From the NCBI GenBank assembly GCA_041397165.1, contig JAWKXE010000018.1:17289-81288 (forward strand): a DNA stretch of 64,000 nt, given 5' to 3'. The stretch comes from Paracoccaceae bacterium. GTDB lineage: Bacteria > Pseudomonadota > Alphaproteobacteria > Rhodobacterales > Rhodobacteraceae. Both the position numbers and the translations under genes were made by a program. The notes under the pieces are model-generated. The model saw only the letters and a program-made list of their open reading frames with translations, ran no database searches and was not told the origin of the DNA. Below, piece after piece: positions 50,183 through 60,564 of this stretch (positions are counted from its first letter, which is position 1; the number at the start of each line of letters is the position of its first letter).

Positions 50183-51646
50183 ATGCGCTTTCTTCGTCAG
50201 AGCCTGACCGGCCTGTTCCTTCTGTCCCTGACCCTGGGGATTCTGGCCTATGCCGGGGTGACGCTGAAACAGGCGGTCGAGGCGCGGATGGCGCGGCAGG
50301 CGCGGCCGCCGCAGGCGCAGGAACGGGTCTTCGCCGTCAATCTGGTGCGCGCGGTCGAGGCCGAGGTGGCGCCCGTCCTGACCGCCTATGGCGAGGTCCA
50401 GAGCCGCCGCACGCTCGACCTGCGCGCCGCCGTGGGCGGCGAGGTGGTGAAACTGTCGCCCGCCTTCGTCGAAGGCGGACGGGTGCAGGCCGGGGCGCTG
50501 CTTCTCAAGGTCGATCCGGCGGATGCGCAGGCCGCGCTCGACCGCGCCGAAAGCGATGTCAGCGATGCCGCCGCCGAGGTCCGCGATGCCGCCCGGGCGC
50601 TCGACCTGGCGCGCGACGAACTGACGGCGGCCGAGGATCAGACCGTCCTGCGCGAACGTGCCTTCGAACGCGCCCAGAACCTGCGGGCGCGCGGCGCCGG
50701 CACCGACGCGACGGTCGAGACCGCCGAGCTGGCGGTCAGCGCCGCCCGCGCCGCGGTGCTGTCGCGGCGTCAGGCCATCGCCCGTGCCGAGGCCCGCGTC
50801 GATCAGGCCGCGACCCGCCAGACGCGGGCGAAGATCGCCCGGGACGAGGCGGCGCGAACCCTGTCCGAGACCGAGCTGCGCGCCGCCTTCGCCGGCACCC
50901 TGGCCGATGTCGCGGTGGCCGAGGGCCGGCTCCTTTCGGCGGGCGAGAAGCTGGCGCAGCTGATCGACGAGGACGCGCTCGACGTGGCCTTCCGGCTGTC
51001 CACCCGCGATTATGCCAACCTGCTCGATGGCGATGGCCGGCTCGAACCCGCGCCGATGCGCGCCCGGCTCGATCTGGCGGGGGCCGACCTGGTGGCCCAG
51101 GGCTATATCGCCCGCGACAGCGCCGCCGTGGGCGACGGCCTGACCGGGCGGCTGGTCTTTGCCGCGCTCGATCAGGCGCGCGGGTTGAAGCCCGGCGATT
51201 TCGTCACCGTCGAGATCGACGAGGCGCCGCTGCGGGACGTGATCGTGCTGCCCGCCGGCGCGCTGGGCTCCGACGGCACGGTGCTGGCGCTGGGCGCGGA
51301 CGACCGGCTCGAGACGGTCGCGGTCGAGCTGCTGCGCCGGCAGGGCGACGATATCCTGCTGCGCGCCCCCGATCTGGCCGGGCGCGAGGTGGTGCGCGCC
51401 CGCACCCCGCTTCTGGGCGCCGGCATCAAGGTCAGGCCGCTGCGGGTCGAGACCGGCGAAGTGGTGCAGGCCGAGGAACCCGAACGGATCGACCTCAGCC
51501 CCGAACGCCGGGCGCGGCTGAAGGCCTTCGTCGAGGCCAGCGAGCGGATGCCGGCCGATGTGAAGACCCGCCTGCTGAGCGAGCTGGAACAGCCCCAGGT
51601 GCGGGCGCAGATGGTGGCGCGGCTGGAAGCGCGGATGGGGGGCTGA
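50183..51646 (+). CDS. RND efflux periplasmic adaptor (HlyD/MFP family)
   Basis: 487 aa with an N-terminal TM helix, a long coiled-coil hairpin and a beta-barrel domain. It sits directly upstream of the RND pump. Confidence 0.8.
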   Translation: MRFLRQSLTGLFLLSLTLGILAYAGVTLKQAVEARMARQARPPQAQERVFAVNLVRAVEAEVAPVLTAYGEVQSRRTLDLRAAVGGEVVKLSPAFVEGGRVQAGALLLKVDPADAQAALDRAESDVSDAAAEVRDAARALDLARDELTAAEDQTVLRERAFERAQNLRARGAGTDATVETAELAVSAARAAVLSRRQAIARAEARVDQAATRQTRAKIARDEAARTLSETELRAAFAGTLADVAVAEGRLLSAGEKLAQLIDEDALDVAFRLSTRDYANLLDGDGRLEPAPMRARLDLAGADLVAQGYIARDSAAVGDGLTGRLVFAALDQARGLKPGDFVTVEIDEAPLRDVIVLPAGALGSDGTVLALGADDRLETVAVELLRRQGDDILLRAPDLAGREVVRARTPLLGAGIKVRPLRVETGEVVQAEEPERIDLSPERRARLKAFVEASERMPADVKTRLLSELEQPQVRAQMVARLEARMGG

Positions 51647-51692
51647 GCGTGACGAACCCCCGTCCCGACGCGGCCCCGATGCGGAGCCCGAC

Positions 51693-54600
51693 ATGAGCCC
51701 CCGGCCGCCGCGCACGCTGCTGTCGTATTTCGCCCGTCACGCGACGGCGGCGAACCTGCTGCTGGTCGTGCTGCTGGTCGCCGGCCTGGCGGCGCTGCCC
51801 CGGATGCGGGCCCAGTTCTTCCCTGACGTGGTGGTCGACACCGTCAGCGTCAGCGTCACCTGGGAAGGCGCCGGGGCCGAGGACGTCGATGCCGCCATCG
51901 TGCAGGTGCTGGAACCGGCGCTGCTGTCGGTCGAGGGTGTGGAAAGCTCCTCCGCGACCTCGACCGAGGGGCGCGCCGGGATCAGCCTCGAATTCGAGCC
52001 GAGCTACGACATGGCCCGCGCCGCCGACGATGTGCAGGCCGCCGTCGACGCCGTCACCACCCTGCCGGAAGAGGCCGACGAGCCCGAGGTGACGCGCGGC
52101 GCCTGGCGCGACCGGGTGACCGATGTGGTGATCACCGGCCCGGTCTCGCCCGGTCAGCTGGGGCTTTTCGCCGATGAATTCGTCACCCGGCTGTTCGCCG
52201 CCGGCGTGACCCGCGCCACCATCCGCGGCGTCGCCGCGCCGCGCACCGTGGTCGAGGTGCCCTCGGTCAATCTCATCGCCCATGACATCAGCTTCGCCCA
52301 GATCGCCGCCGCCATCGCCGAAGAGGTCGATGCCGACCCGGCCGGCGATGTCGAGGGCGCCAATGCCCGCGTCCGCACCGGGGTCGAGAAACGCGCGCCG
52401 GATCAGATCGAGGCGGTGGTGCTCAGGGTCAATCCCGACGGTTCCAAGCTGACGGTGGGCGATGTGGCCCGTATCCGGGTCGAGGGCACGGCCCGCAACC
52501 GCTCGTATTTCGTCGGGCCCGACCCGGCGATCTCGGTCCGGGTCGACCGCTCGGCCCAGGGCGATGCCATCGACATGCAGCATACGGTCGAAAAGGTGGC
52601 CGCGACCCTGCAGGCGACCCTGCCCGCCGGCGTCAGCGTCGATCTGATCCGCACCCGGGCCGAGGCGATCACCGACCGCCTGAACATCCTGATCGACAAT
52701 GGCGCGGTCGGGCTGGTGCTGGTGGTGCTGCTGCTCTTCCTGTTCCTGAACGCCCGCACGGCGCTCTGGGTCGCGGCGGGGATTCCGGTCTCGATGCTGG
52801 CGGCGATCGCGATGATGTATGCCTTCGGGCTGACCCTGAACATGGTGTCGCTCTTCGCGCTGATCATCACCACCGGCATCATCGTCGACGATGCCATCGT
52901 GGTCGGCGAACATGCCGATGCCCGGGTCCGCAAGCTGGGCGAGAAGCCCCTGCAAGCGGCCGAGAACGCCGCCAACCGCATGGCCCTGCCGGTGTTTTCG
53001 GCCACGCTGACCACGCTGATCGCCTTCTTCGCCCTGACCGCCGTCGGCGGCCGCATGGGCGACATGATCAAGGATATCCCCTTCACCGTCATCGTCGTGC
53101 TGACCGCCAGCCTGATCGAATGCTTCCTGATCCTGCCCAACCACATGGCGCATTCGCTGCACCGTTCGGGGCTGAAGGACCACTGGTACGACTGGCCGTC
53201 GCGCAAGGTCAATCGCGGCTTCGTCTGGCTGCGCGACCGGCTCTTCCGGCGCTTCATCGCCGCCGTGGTGCGGCTGCGCTATCCGGTGCTGGCCGGGGCC
53301 ACGGCGCTGTTGCTGGCGCAGGTGGGCCTCTTCCTGCGTGGCGACGTGCAATGGCGGTTCTTCAACTCGCCCGAACAGGGCAGCGTCACTGGCAACTGGG
53401 CGATGGTCCCCGGCGCCACCCGCGACGACACCCTGGCCATGCTGCGCGAGATGCAGCGCGCGACCGATGCGGTGGCGGCGCAATACGCCGCCGAAAACGG
53501 TGGCGTGAACCCGGTCGATTACGCCGTGGCCGAGATCGGCGGCAATTCCGGCCGCACCCTGCCCGGGGCCGACACCAAGGATGCCGACCTTCTGGGCGGC
53601 ATCGCGATCGAGCTGATCGACGCCGACGACCGGCCCTATTCCAGCTTCGCCTTCGTCGCCCGCCTGCAGGACGAGGTGCGCCAGCATCCGATGGTCGAAA
53701 CCCTCAGCTTCCGCGGCTGGCGCTCGGGGCCGGGGGGCGATGCGCTCGACGTGCAGTTCTATGGCGCCGACGCGGCCACGCTGAAGGCGGCGGCGCAGGC
53801 GCTGAAGACGCGGCTCGGCCGCTACCCCGAGGTCAGCGCGGTCGAGGACGACCTGGCCTATGACAAGGACGAGCTGATCCTCGAACTGACGCCGCAGGGC
53901 CGCGCCCTGGGCTTCACCATCGACGGGCTGGGCCGGGTGCTGCGGCACCGCCTGAACGGGCTCGAGGCGGCGACCTATCCCGAGGGGCCGCGCAGCGCCG
54001 AGATCCGCATCGAGCTGCCGAAATCCGAACAGACGGCGGATTTCCTCAGCCGCCAGCAGATGCGCACCGCCTCGGGCGGCTATGTGCCGCTGGCCGATAT
54101 CGTCAGCGTCGCCTCGCGCGCCGGCTTCTCGACCGTCAAGCGCGAGAACGGCATCCGCACCGTTTCCGTCACCGGCGACATCTCGGAAGACGACCCGGCC
54201 CGCGCCGAAGAGATCATGCAGGCGCTGCAGCAGACCATCCTGCCCGAGATCGCCCAGAGCCATCAGGTCGAATGGCAGCTTTCGGGCCTGGCCGAGCAGG
54301 AGAACGAATTCCTGAACGACGCGCTTCTGGGGCTGATCCTGTGCCTGGTCGGCATCTATCTGGTGCTGGCCTGGGTGTTCTCCAGCTGGACCCGGCCGAT
54401 GGTGGTGATGGCGATCATTCCCTTCGGCCTGGTCGGCGCGGTCTGGGGCCATTACATCTGGGATGTGCCGCTGTCGATGTTCACCGTGGTCGGGCTTCTG
54501 GGCATGACCGGGATCATCATCAACGATTCGATCGTGCTGGTGACGACGATCGACGAATATGCCAGCGAGCGCGGGCTGGTGCCCTCGATCGTCGATGGCG

Positions 54601-55094
54601 CGGCCGACCGGCTGCGCGCCGTCTTCCTGACCACCGCCACCACGGTGATCGGCCTGGCGCCGCTGCTCTACGAGAACTCTCAGCAGGCGCAATTCCTCAA
54701 GCCGACGGTGATCACGCTGGTCTATGGCCTGGGCTTCGGCATGGTGCTGGTGCTGATGGTGGTGCCGGCGCTGATGGCGGTTCAGGCCGACCTGCACCGC
54801 CAGATCGCCGCCTTCCGCCACGCCCTGCGCGCGCCGCGCCGGGCCGGGGCGGTGCGGGCGCTGGCCCTCTTCGGCGCGCTGGCGGTGCTGGCCTGGCTGG
54901 GCGCGACGCTGGGCGCGGTCGCTTGGGACGGGCAGCTCTGGCCGGCGCTGGCGGGGCTGCTGCCGGCGGGGCTGACCGGGCGGATGGCGCCGCTGCCGCT
55001 GGCGCTGGGGCTCTACCTGGCCGGGGTCGCGGTGCTGATCCTGGCGCTGTTCCTCGCGGCGGCGGGCGCGCGGCTGGCCCGGCGGCGGGGATAG
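51693..55094 (+). CDS. RND efflux permease (AcrB/AcrD/AcrF family)
   Basis: 1133 aa with a 12-TM layout and two large periplasmic loops. SLFALIITTGIIVDDAIVV and MFTVVGLLGMTGIIINDSIVL are the conserved TM4/TM10 regions. Confidence 0.9.
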   Translation: MSPRPPRTLLSYFARHATAANLLLVVLLVAGLAALPRMRAQFFPDVVVDTVSVSVTWEGAGAEDVDAAIVQVLEPALLSVEGVESSSATSTEGRAGISLEFEPSYDMARAADDVQAAVDAVTTLPEEADEPEVTRGAWRDRVTDVVITGPVSPGQLGLFADEFVTRLFAAGVTRATIRGVAAPRTVVEVPSVNLIAHDISFAQIAAAIAEEVDADPAGDVEGANARVRTGVEKRAPDQIEAVVLRVNPDGSKLTVGDVARIRVEGTARNRSYFVGPDPAISVRVDRSAQGDAIDMQHTVEKVAATLQATLPAGVSVDLIRTRAEAITDRLNILIDNGAVGLVLVVLLLFLFLNARTALWVAAGIPVSMLAAIAMMYAFGLTLNMVSLFALIITTGIIVDDAIVVGEHADARVRKLGEKPLQAAENAANRMALPVFSATLTTLIAFFALTAVGGRMGDMIKDIPFTVIVVLTASLIECFLILPNHMAHSLHRSGLKDHWYDWPSRKVNRGFVWLRDRLFRRFIAAVVRLRYPVLAGATALLLAQVGLFLRGDVQWRFFNSPEQGSVTGNWAMVPGATRDDTLAMLREMQRATDAVAAQYAAENGGVNPVDYAVAEIGGNSGRTLPGADTKDADLLGGIAIELIDADDRPYSSFAFVARLQDEVRQHPMVETLSFRGWRSGPGGDALDVQFYGADAATLKAAAQALKTRLGRYPEVSAVEDDLAYDKDELILELTPQGRALGFTIDGLGRVLRHRLNGLEAATYPEGPRSAEIRIELPKSEQTADFLSRQQMRTASGGYVPLADIVSVASRAGFSTVKRENGIRTVSVTGDISEDDPARAEEIMQALQQTILPEIAQSHQVEWQLSGLAEQENEFLNDALLGLILCLVGIYLVLAWVFSSWTRPMVVMAIIPFGLVGAVWGHYIWDVPLSMFTVVGLLGMTGIIINDSIVLVTTIDEYASERGLVPSIVDGAADRLRAVFLTTATTVIGLAPLLYENSQQAQFLKPTVITLVYGLGFGMVLVLMVVPALMAVQADLHRQIAAFRHALRAPRRAGAVRALALFGALAVLAWLGATLGAVAWDGQLWPALAGLLPAGLTGRMAPLPLALGLYLAGVAVLILALFLAAAGARLARRRG

Positions 55095-55184
55095 GCCGAA
55101 CCCTCCGTCCCGGGCCGGTCGGGGCTGGACCCGGCCTTGCCGGATCGGCTAGGGTCGGGCGACGATCCGGGGGGAGCCTTGTTC

Positions 55185-56285
55185 TTGTCACAGCCTGTTC
55201 CGAAACCGGCCGCCCTGGCCGCGGCCCTTGCCTTGGCCGGCGTCCTGGCGGGCTGCGCCGCCGATCCGCTGGCCGATGTGCCGCGGCTCAGCGATGTCGC
55301 CCTGTCGGAACCGGCCCCGGTGGTCGAGGCGGTGGCCGCCCCGGAAGAGACCAGCGACAAGACCGGCTTCTTCCAGCGCCTGATGCGCAAACGCGAAGTG
55401 GCGCCGCCCTCGGCGGAGCCGGCAACGGATGCGACCCCGGACGACAAGACGGGCGAGGCGGTGGCCGAAGCGCCCGATGCGCGGCCCGCACCCGATCCGG
55501 CCCCCGCGCACGAGGCAACCGCCACCCCGGCGGCCCCGGCGGCCCCGGAACGGCGCGGGCTCTTCGGGCTGTTCGGCAAGCGTCCGCCCGACGCCGCCGC
55601 CGAGACAGGCGCCCTTGCCGAAAGCGCCGTGGCCACGCCCGCCGACATCGCGGCGCCCGAGCCCGCCGCCTTGCCCCGGCCCGAGGCCCTCGAGACCCCC
55701 GAGACGCCCACGGCCAAGTCGGCGGAAGCGGCCCGCCCCGGGCTCTTCAGCCGCCGCACGGCCGCCGCCGCGCCCCGGCCCCGGCATGGCGGCCCGGCGC
55801 TGCGCGATGCCGCCCCGGGCGAGGTGCTGCCCTTCGGCGTGGTGGCCCGCGCCTGCCACATGAAGCGTGGCGAGATGGGCAAGGAAGTGGCGAAATACCC
55901 CGAGCGCGGCGCCAAATACCGCGTCTATGACAGCGCGCCCGGCAACCTGGGCCTGCACAGCTTCTATCTGACCGGCTTCGGCGACGGCTGCCCGCGCCAG
56001 GTGACCGCCGCGCTGGCGGTGTTCGGCACCCCCGGGATGTACGAGGCGCTGCGCTATGGTCTGCCGGCCAAGGCGCGCTCGAAGAAGCCCACCGACAAGG
56101 CCTATGAGACGGTGAAATCGCGGCTCTGCGGCGTGTCGCGCAGCCAACCCTGCGGCACGCGGATCGACCGGCTCGAGAAGCACACCGTGTTCCTCAGCCT
56201 CTATGACCGGTTCGAGGATGCCCGCGGCTGGACCAACCTGCTCTTGAGCGAGGGCGAGGTGATCGCGGCCGACCACGACGGCTGA
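55185..56285 (+). CDS. lipoprotein with a Pro/Ala-rich linker and a conserved C-terminal domain
   Basis: TTG at 55185, 8 nt after GGGGGGAG. The lipobox is LALAGVLAGC. The track ORF opens at 55137, so the start is uncertain. Confidence 0.5.
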   Translation: MSQPVPKPAALAAALALAGVLAGCAADPLADVPRLSDVALSEPAPVVEAVAAPEETSDKTGFFQRLMRKREVAPPSAEPATDATPDDKTGEAVAEAPDARPAPDPAPAHEATATPAAPAAPERRGLFGLFGKRPPDAAAETGALAESAVATPADIAAPEPAALPRPEALETPETPTAKSAEAARPGLFSRRTAAAAPRPRHGGPALRDAAPGEVLPFGVVARACHMKRGEMGKEVAKYPERGAKYRVYDSAPGNLGLHSFYLTGFGDGCPRQVTAALAVFGTPGMYEALRYGLPAKARSKKPTDKAYETVKSRLCGVSRSQPCGTRIDRLEKHTVFLSLYDRFEDARGWTNLLLSEGEVIAADHDG

Positions 56286-56347
56286 CGCGCGCGGGCCGCT
56301 CGTCCGTCCTGACGGACGGCCTCGCCCGGGGCGCGCGCGCGCGGCGC

Positions 56348-56542
56348 TCAGTAATGCGGCGGCCGTTCCTGGCCGGTGAAGATATGGCTGCCCTCACCGG
56401 CCTCGCGCTGGGCCTCGCGGTGCATCAGCATCTCGACCCGGCGCATCAGCGTCGCGATCTCGCCGGCCTGGCCCGCGACCACGCCGCTCAGCTCGTCGAC
56501 GGTGCGTTCGAGATGGGCGATCTTCTCTTCCAGCTTTTCCAT
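56348..56542 (-). CDS. slyX: SlyX-family protein
   Basis: ATG at 56542. MEKLEEKIAHLERTVDELSGVV..., a 64-aa coiled coil. Confidence 0.65.
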   Translation of the reverse strand: MEKLEEKIAHLERTVDELSGVVAGQAGEIATLMRRVEMLMHREAQREAGEGSHIFTGQERPPHY

Positions 56543-56666
56543 GCGCCGCTTGTCGCGCCAAGCCCCCCGCCGGTCAAGTGCGCGTTTGCACCGGCTTGCC
56601 CCGCAGGCGCCCATCCGCTAGACGCTGGCCGCGACGGATGACCCCAAGGACAGGACCGGCAGGACC

Positions 56667-58292
56667 ATGGCCAACGAGAAGAAAGCCCCGCGCCCCAAGG
56701 CGGTGACGCCCAAGGGCTTCCGCGACTATTTCGGCTCGGAAGTGACCGAGCGCGCCGAAATGCTGCGCCAGATCGCCGGGGTCTATCACGCCTATGGCTT
56801 CGACGCGCTGGAATCCTCGGCCGTCGAGACGGTCGAGGCGCTGGGCAAGTTCCTGCCCGACGTCGACCGCCCCAACGAAGGCGTCTTCGCCTGGCAGGAA
56901 AGCGACGAGGACGGCACCTCGGGCGACTGGCTGGCGCTGCGCTATGACCTGACGGCGCCCTTGGCCCGGGTCTATGCCCAGCACCGCAACGATCTGCCCA
57001 CGCCTTACCGGCGCTTCGCCATGGGCCCGGTCTGGCGCAACGAGAAGCCGGGGCCGGGGCGATTCCGTCAGTTCTATCAATGCGATGCCGATACGGTGGG
57101 CTCGGCCAGCCCGGCGGCGGATGCCGAGATTTGTATGATGCTTTGCGACGCCCTTGAGGCCGCAGGTATCGAACGAGGCGACTATGTGGTCCGTGTGAAT
57201 AACCGCAAAGTTTTGAATGGTGTCCTTGAGGTCGCCGGTATCCCAGAAGATGATTTGAAAACTCGTGGCATTGTCTTGCGTGCTATCGACAAGCTGGACC
57301 GTCTTGGATTCCAAGGGGTTCTGGACCTGCTTCGTGATGGGCGAAAAGACGAAAGCGGCGATTTTACCGAAGGTGCAGGACTCTCTGCACAGCAAGCAGA
57401 TCGAGTCATTAAGTTCTTCAATGCGAAGGATGAAGTCCTCGGTCACGCATTTCTAACGGGCGCCGGAGACCTTGAGCGGTCCGGCGATGAGATCGAACGC
57501 GACTTGCGGGCAATTGCGAGTTTTCCTCCGGATGGCTTTGACGAATCTCGAACAGCGGATCTCTACAACCGCCAGCTCTTGGGCTTTCTGGGCGCGCTGG
57601 CTGATGGTTCGAGCACTGGCCTGCAAGGCGTGCAAGAGTTGAAGGACATTGCCCTGATCTGCGCGGCCCAGGGCTATGGCCCCGACCGCATCGTCATCGA
57701 CCCCAGCGTCGTGCGCGGCCTCGGCTATTACACCGGCCCGGTCTTCGAGGCCGAACTGACCTTCGAAATCCTCGACGAGAAGGGCCGCAAGCGGCAATTC
57801 GGCAGCGTTGCCGGCGGCGGGCGCTATGACGATCTGGTGAAACGCTTCACCGGCCAGGCCGTGCCCGCGACCGGCGTCTCGATCGGCGTCGACCGGTTGC
57901 TCGCCGCGCTGCGGGAAAAGGGCCGGATCGGCGCCCGGGCCCAAGGCCCCGTGGTCGTCACCGTGATGGACCGCGACCGCATGGCCGACTACCAGGCCAT
58001 GGTGGGCGAACTGCGCCAGGCCGGCATCCGCGCCGAGGTCTACCTGGGCAACCCGAAGAACTTCGGCAACCAGCTGAAATATGCCGACAAGCGCGAAAGC
58101 CCCGCCGCCGTGATCGAGGGCGAGGACGAGAAGGCGCGCGGCGTCATCCAGATCAAGGACCTGATCCTGGGCGCGCAGATCGCGCAGAACGCCACGCTCG
58201 AGGAATGGAAGGAACGCCCCAGCCAGTTCGAGGTGCCGCGCGACCAGCTGGTCGCCAAGCTGCGCGAGATCCTGAACGGGCAGGCCGGCTGA
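56667..58292 (+). CDS. hisS: histidine--tRNA ligase, unusually long (541 aa) with an internal low-GC segment
   Basis: [18 protein letters not shown], motif 2 [13 protein letters not shown], motif 3 GGGRYDDL...[10 protein letters not shown] and an anticodon-binding C-terminus. See the finding for 57125-57660. Confidence 0.9.
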   Translation: MANEKKAPRPKAVTPKGFRDYFGSEVTERAEMLRQIAGVYHAYGFDALESSAVETVEALGKFLPDVDRPNEGVFAWQESDEDGTSGDWLALRYDLTAPLARVYAQHRNDLPTPYRRFAMGPVWRNEKPGPGRFRQFYQCDADTVGSASPAADAEICMMLCDALEAAGIERGDYVVRVNNRKVLNGVLEVAGIPEDDLKTRGIVLRAIDKLDRLGFQGVLDLLRDGRKDESGDFTEGAGLSAQQADRVIKFFNAKDEVLGHAFLTGAGDLERSGDEIERDLRAIASFPPDGFDESRTADLYNRQLLGFLGALADGSSTGLQGVQELKDIALICAAQGYGPDRIVIDPSVVRGLGYYTGPVFEAELTFEILDEKGRKRQFGSVAGGGRYDDLVKRFTGQAVPATGVSIGVDRLLAALREKGRIGARAQGPVVVTVMDRDRMADYQAMVGELRQAGIRAEVYLGNPKNFGNQLKYADKRESPAAVIEGEDEKARGVIQIKDLILGAQIAQNATLEEWKERPSQFEVPRDQLVAKLREILNGQAG

Positions 58293-59395
58293 TGCCCCAG
58301 CGCGCCCAGATCCGGGCCGAGGCGGCACGGCTGCGCGGCCTCTTCGAGGCGGCCGGCGCCCAGCCGGTCGAGGCGGCGATCCTGCAACCGGCCGAGACGT
58401 TGCTCGACCTCTATGGCGAGGATATCCGCGGCCGCGCCTATGTGACCTCGGACGCTCTGCGCGGCGAGCAGATGCTGCGCCCCGATTTCACCGTGCCGGT
58501 GGTGCAGATGCATATGGCCATCGGCGCCGAACCCGCCCGCTATACCTATGCCGGCGAGGTCTTCCGCCGCCAGGAAGAGGACGACCGCCGCGCCAACGAA
58601 TACGTTCAGGTGGGTTTCGAGCTGTTCGACCGCGCCAACCCGGCCGAGGCCGATGCCGAGGTCTTCGCCCGCATCCAGGCGGTGCTCGACGGCTTGCCGC
58701 TGCGCGCCTCGACCGGCGATATCGGCATCCTGACGGCGGCCGTCGCGGGGCTTCGGACCACCGCGCGGCGCAAGGCGGCCTTGATGCGCCATATCTGGCG
58801 GCCGCGCCGGTTCCGCGCGCTGATCGAGCGGTTCTCGGGGCGGGCACCGGTGCCGCCCTCGCGCGCCGCGCTGCTGGCCGATCCCGATCCGATGGCGGGG
58901 GCCGGCCCCGAGATCGGGCTGCGAAGCCGTGCCGAGGTGGAAGCGCGGATCGCGGCGCTGCGCGACGATGCGGCGGCGCCGCCGATCTCGGCCGCGCAGG
59001 TCGATCTGATGGACGCGATCCTGGCGGTGCGCGAAACCTTGCCCTTCGCGCTGGAACACCTGCGCGACATCGCCGTCGACCTGCCCGCCATCGCCCCGGC
59101 CGTCGCCCGGCTCGAGGCCCGGGCCGGGGCGCTCTCGGCGCGCGGCGTCGATGTCGCGGGCCTGGATTTCGAGGCCTCCTATGGCCGCACCCAGATGGAA
59201 TATTACGACGGCTTCGTCTTCGGCTTCTATGCCGAGGGCCGGCCCGATCTGCCACCCGTCGCCACCGGCGGGCGCTATGACGCGCTGACCCGGCGGCTGG
59301 GCGCGCTGAGCGGCCATCCCGAACGCGAAATTCCCGCCGTCGGCGGCGTGGTCCGGCCCGAACTGATGCTGGCACTCGGGGGGGCGCGGCCATGA
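58292..59395 (+). CDS. hisZ: ATP phosphoribosyltransferase regulatory subunit
   Basis: ATG at 58292 overlaps the hisS stop. It is a HisS paralog lacking the anticodon domain (LRPDFTVP, YYDGFVFGF, ATGGRYD) and is followed by the short-form hisG. Confidence 0.85.
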   Translation: MPQRAQIRAEAARLRGLFEAAGAQPVEAAILQPAETLLDLYGEDIRGRAYVTSDALRGEQMLRPDFTVPVVQMHMAIGAEPARYTYAGEVFRRQEEDDRRANEYVQVGFELFDRANPAEADAEVFARIQAVLDGLPLRASTGDIGILTAAVAGLRTTARRKAALMRHIWRPRRFRALIERFSGRAPVPPSRAALLADPDPMAGAGPEIGLRSRAEVEARIAALRDDAAAPPISAAQVDLMDAILAVRETLPFALEHLRDIAVDLPAIAPAVARLEARAGALSARGVDVAGLDFEASYGRTQMEYYDGFVFGFYAEGRPDLPPVATGGRYDALTRRLGALSGHPEREIPAVGGVVRPELMLALGGARP

Positions 59396-60087
59396 CGATC
59401 AAGCTGGGCGTGCCCTCGAAGGGGCGGCTGATGGAGAAGACCTTCGACTGGTTCGGCGAACGCGGCGTGACGCTGTCGCGGACCGGGTCCGACCGCGAAT
59501 ATGCCGGCGCGGTCGAGGGCGCGACGGGCGTCGAACTGGTGCTTCTGTCCGCGGGCGAGATCCCGCGCGAACTGGCCGCCGGGCGCATTCACCTCGGCGT
59601 CACCGGCACCGATCTGGTGCGCGAGAAGCTGGGCGGCTGGGAACGCCTGGTCGAGGAGCTGGCGCCGCTGGGCTTCGGTCATGCCGATCTGGTGATCGCG
59701 GTGCCAAGCCTCTGGGCCGATGTCGACACGCTCGACGATCTCGACGCGGCGGCGGCGGCGTTCCGCGCCCGGCACGGCTTCCGGCTGCGCATCGCCACCA
59801 AGTATCACCGCCTGGTGCGCGACTTCCTGCGCGATCACGGCGTCGCCGAATATCAGCTGGTCGACAGCCAGGGCGCGACCGAGGGCACGGTGAAGAACGA
59901 AACCGCCGAGGCGGTGGCCGACATCACTTCGACCGGCGATACGCTGAAGGCGAACCATCTTAAGATGCTGGCCGACGGGCTGGTGCTGCAAAGCCAGGCA
60001 ACGCTCTTTCGGGCGCGCGGCGCCGAGATGTCGGATGCCGACCGCGCGGCACTGGCGGCCCTTCTGGCAAAGCTCGGGCTGAGCTGA
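59392..60087 (+). CDS. hisG: ATP phosphoribosyltransferase (short form)
   Basis: 231 aa with LGVPSKGRL, GVTGTDL and DITSTGDTLKAN. Its ATG overlaps the hisZ stop. Confidence 0.9.
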   Translation: MTIKLGVPSKGRLMEKTFDWFGERGVTLSRTGSDREYAGAVEGATGVELVLLSAGEIPRELAAGRIHLGVTGTDLVREKLGGWERLVEELAPLGFGHADLVIAVPSLWADVDTLDDLDAAAAAFRARHGFRLRIATKYHRLVRDFLRDHGVAEYQLVDSQGATEGTVKNETAEAVADITSTGDTLKANHLKMLADGLVLQSQATLFRARGAEMSDADRAALAALLAKLGLS

Positions 60088-60132
60088 ACGCGGGCCCGAC
60101 CATCGCCGGAAAGGCGTGGCGCGACGCAGGGG

Positions 60133-60564
60133 TCAGCCCATCATCCCATAAAGCGCGCGCAGCGCCAGCGGATAGCCGCGCGCGCCAAGGCCGGCGATGA
60201 CGGCATCCGCGACGGGCGAGATCAGGCTGTCGCGATGCGCCGCGTCGCGGGCGTGGATGTTCGAGAGATGCAGCTCGATCACCGGCCCGGGGAAGGCGGC
60301 CAGCGCCTCGCGGATCGCGTAAGAGGTGAAGGACCAGCCGGCCGGGTTGATGACGATGCCGCCACCCGCCTCATGGGCCGCCTGGATCAGCCCGATCATC
60401 TCGCCCTCGTGGTTGGTCTGGGCGAAGACAAGCGGGCCGCGGGCGGCGTCGCGGCACATCGCCTCGATCTCGGCCAGGGTGGTGGTGCCATAGATATGCG
60501 GCTCGCGCAGGCCCAGAAGGTCCAGGTTGGGGCCGTTCAGCACATGGGCGGGCAGGGCGCTCAC
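60133..60564 (-). CDS. aroQ: type II 3-dehydroquinate dehydratase
   Basis: VLNGPNLDLLGLREPHIYG, QTNHEGEMI, INPAGWSFTS and ELHLSNIHARD. The GTG start at 60564 is tentative and overlaps the upstream stop (GTGA). Confidence 0.85.
   Translation of the reverse strand: MSALPAHVLNGPNLDLLGLREPHIYGTTTLAEIEAMCRDAARGPLVFAQTNHEGEMIGLIQAAHEAGGGIVINPAGWSFTSYAIREALAAFPGPVIELHLSNIHARDAAHRDSLISPVADAVIAGLGARGYPLALRALYGMMG

Noticed and set aside
56574-57446. 290-aa minus-strand ORF running through the low-GC patch of hisS.
   Set aside because: The plus strand encodes uninterrupted, motif-bearing HisS across the same bases. The antisense translation has no recognisable features and continues into R/G-rich artefact sequence outside the patch.
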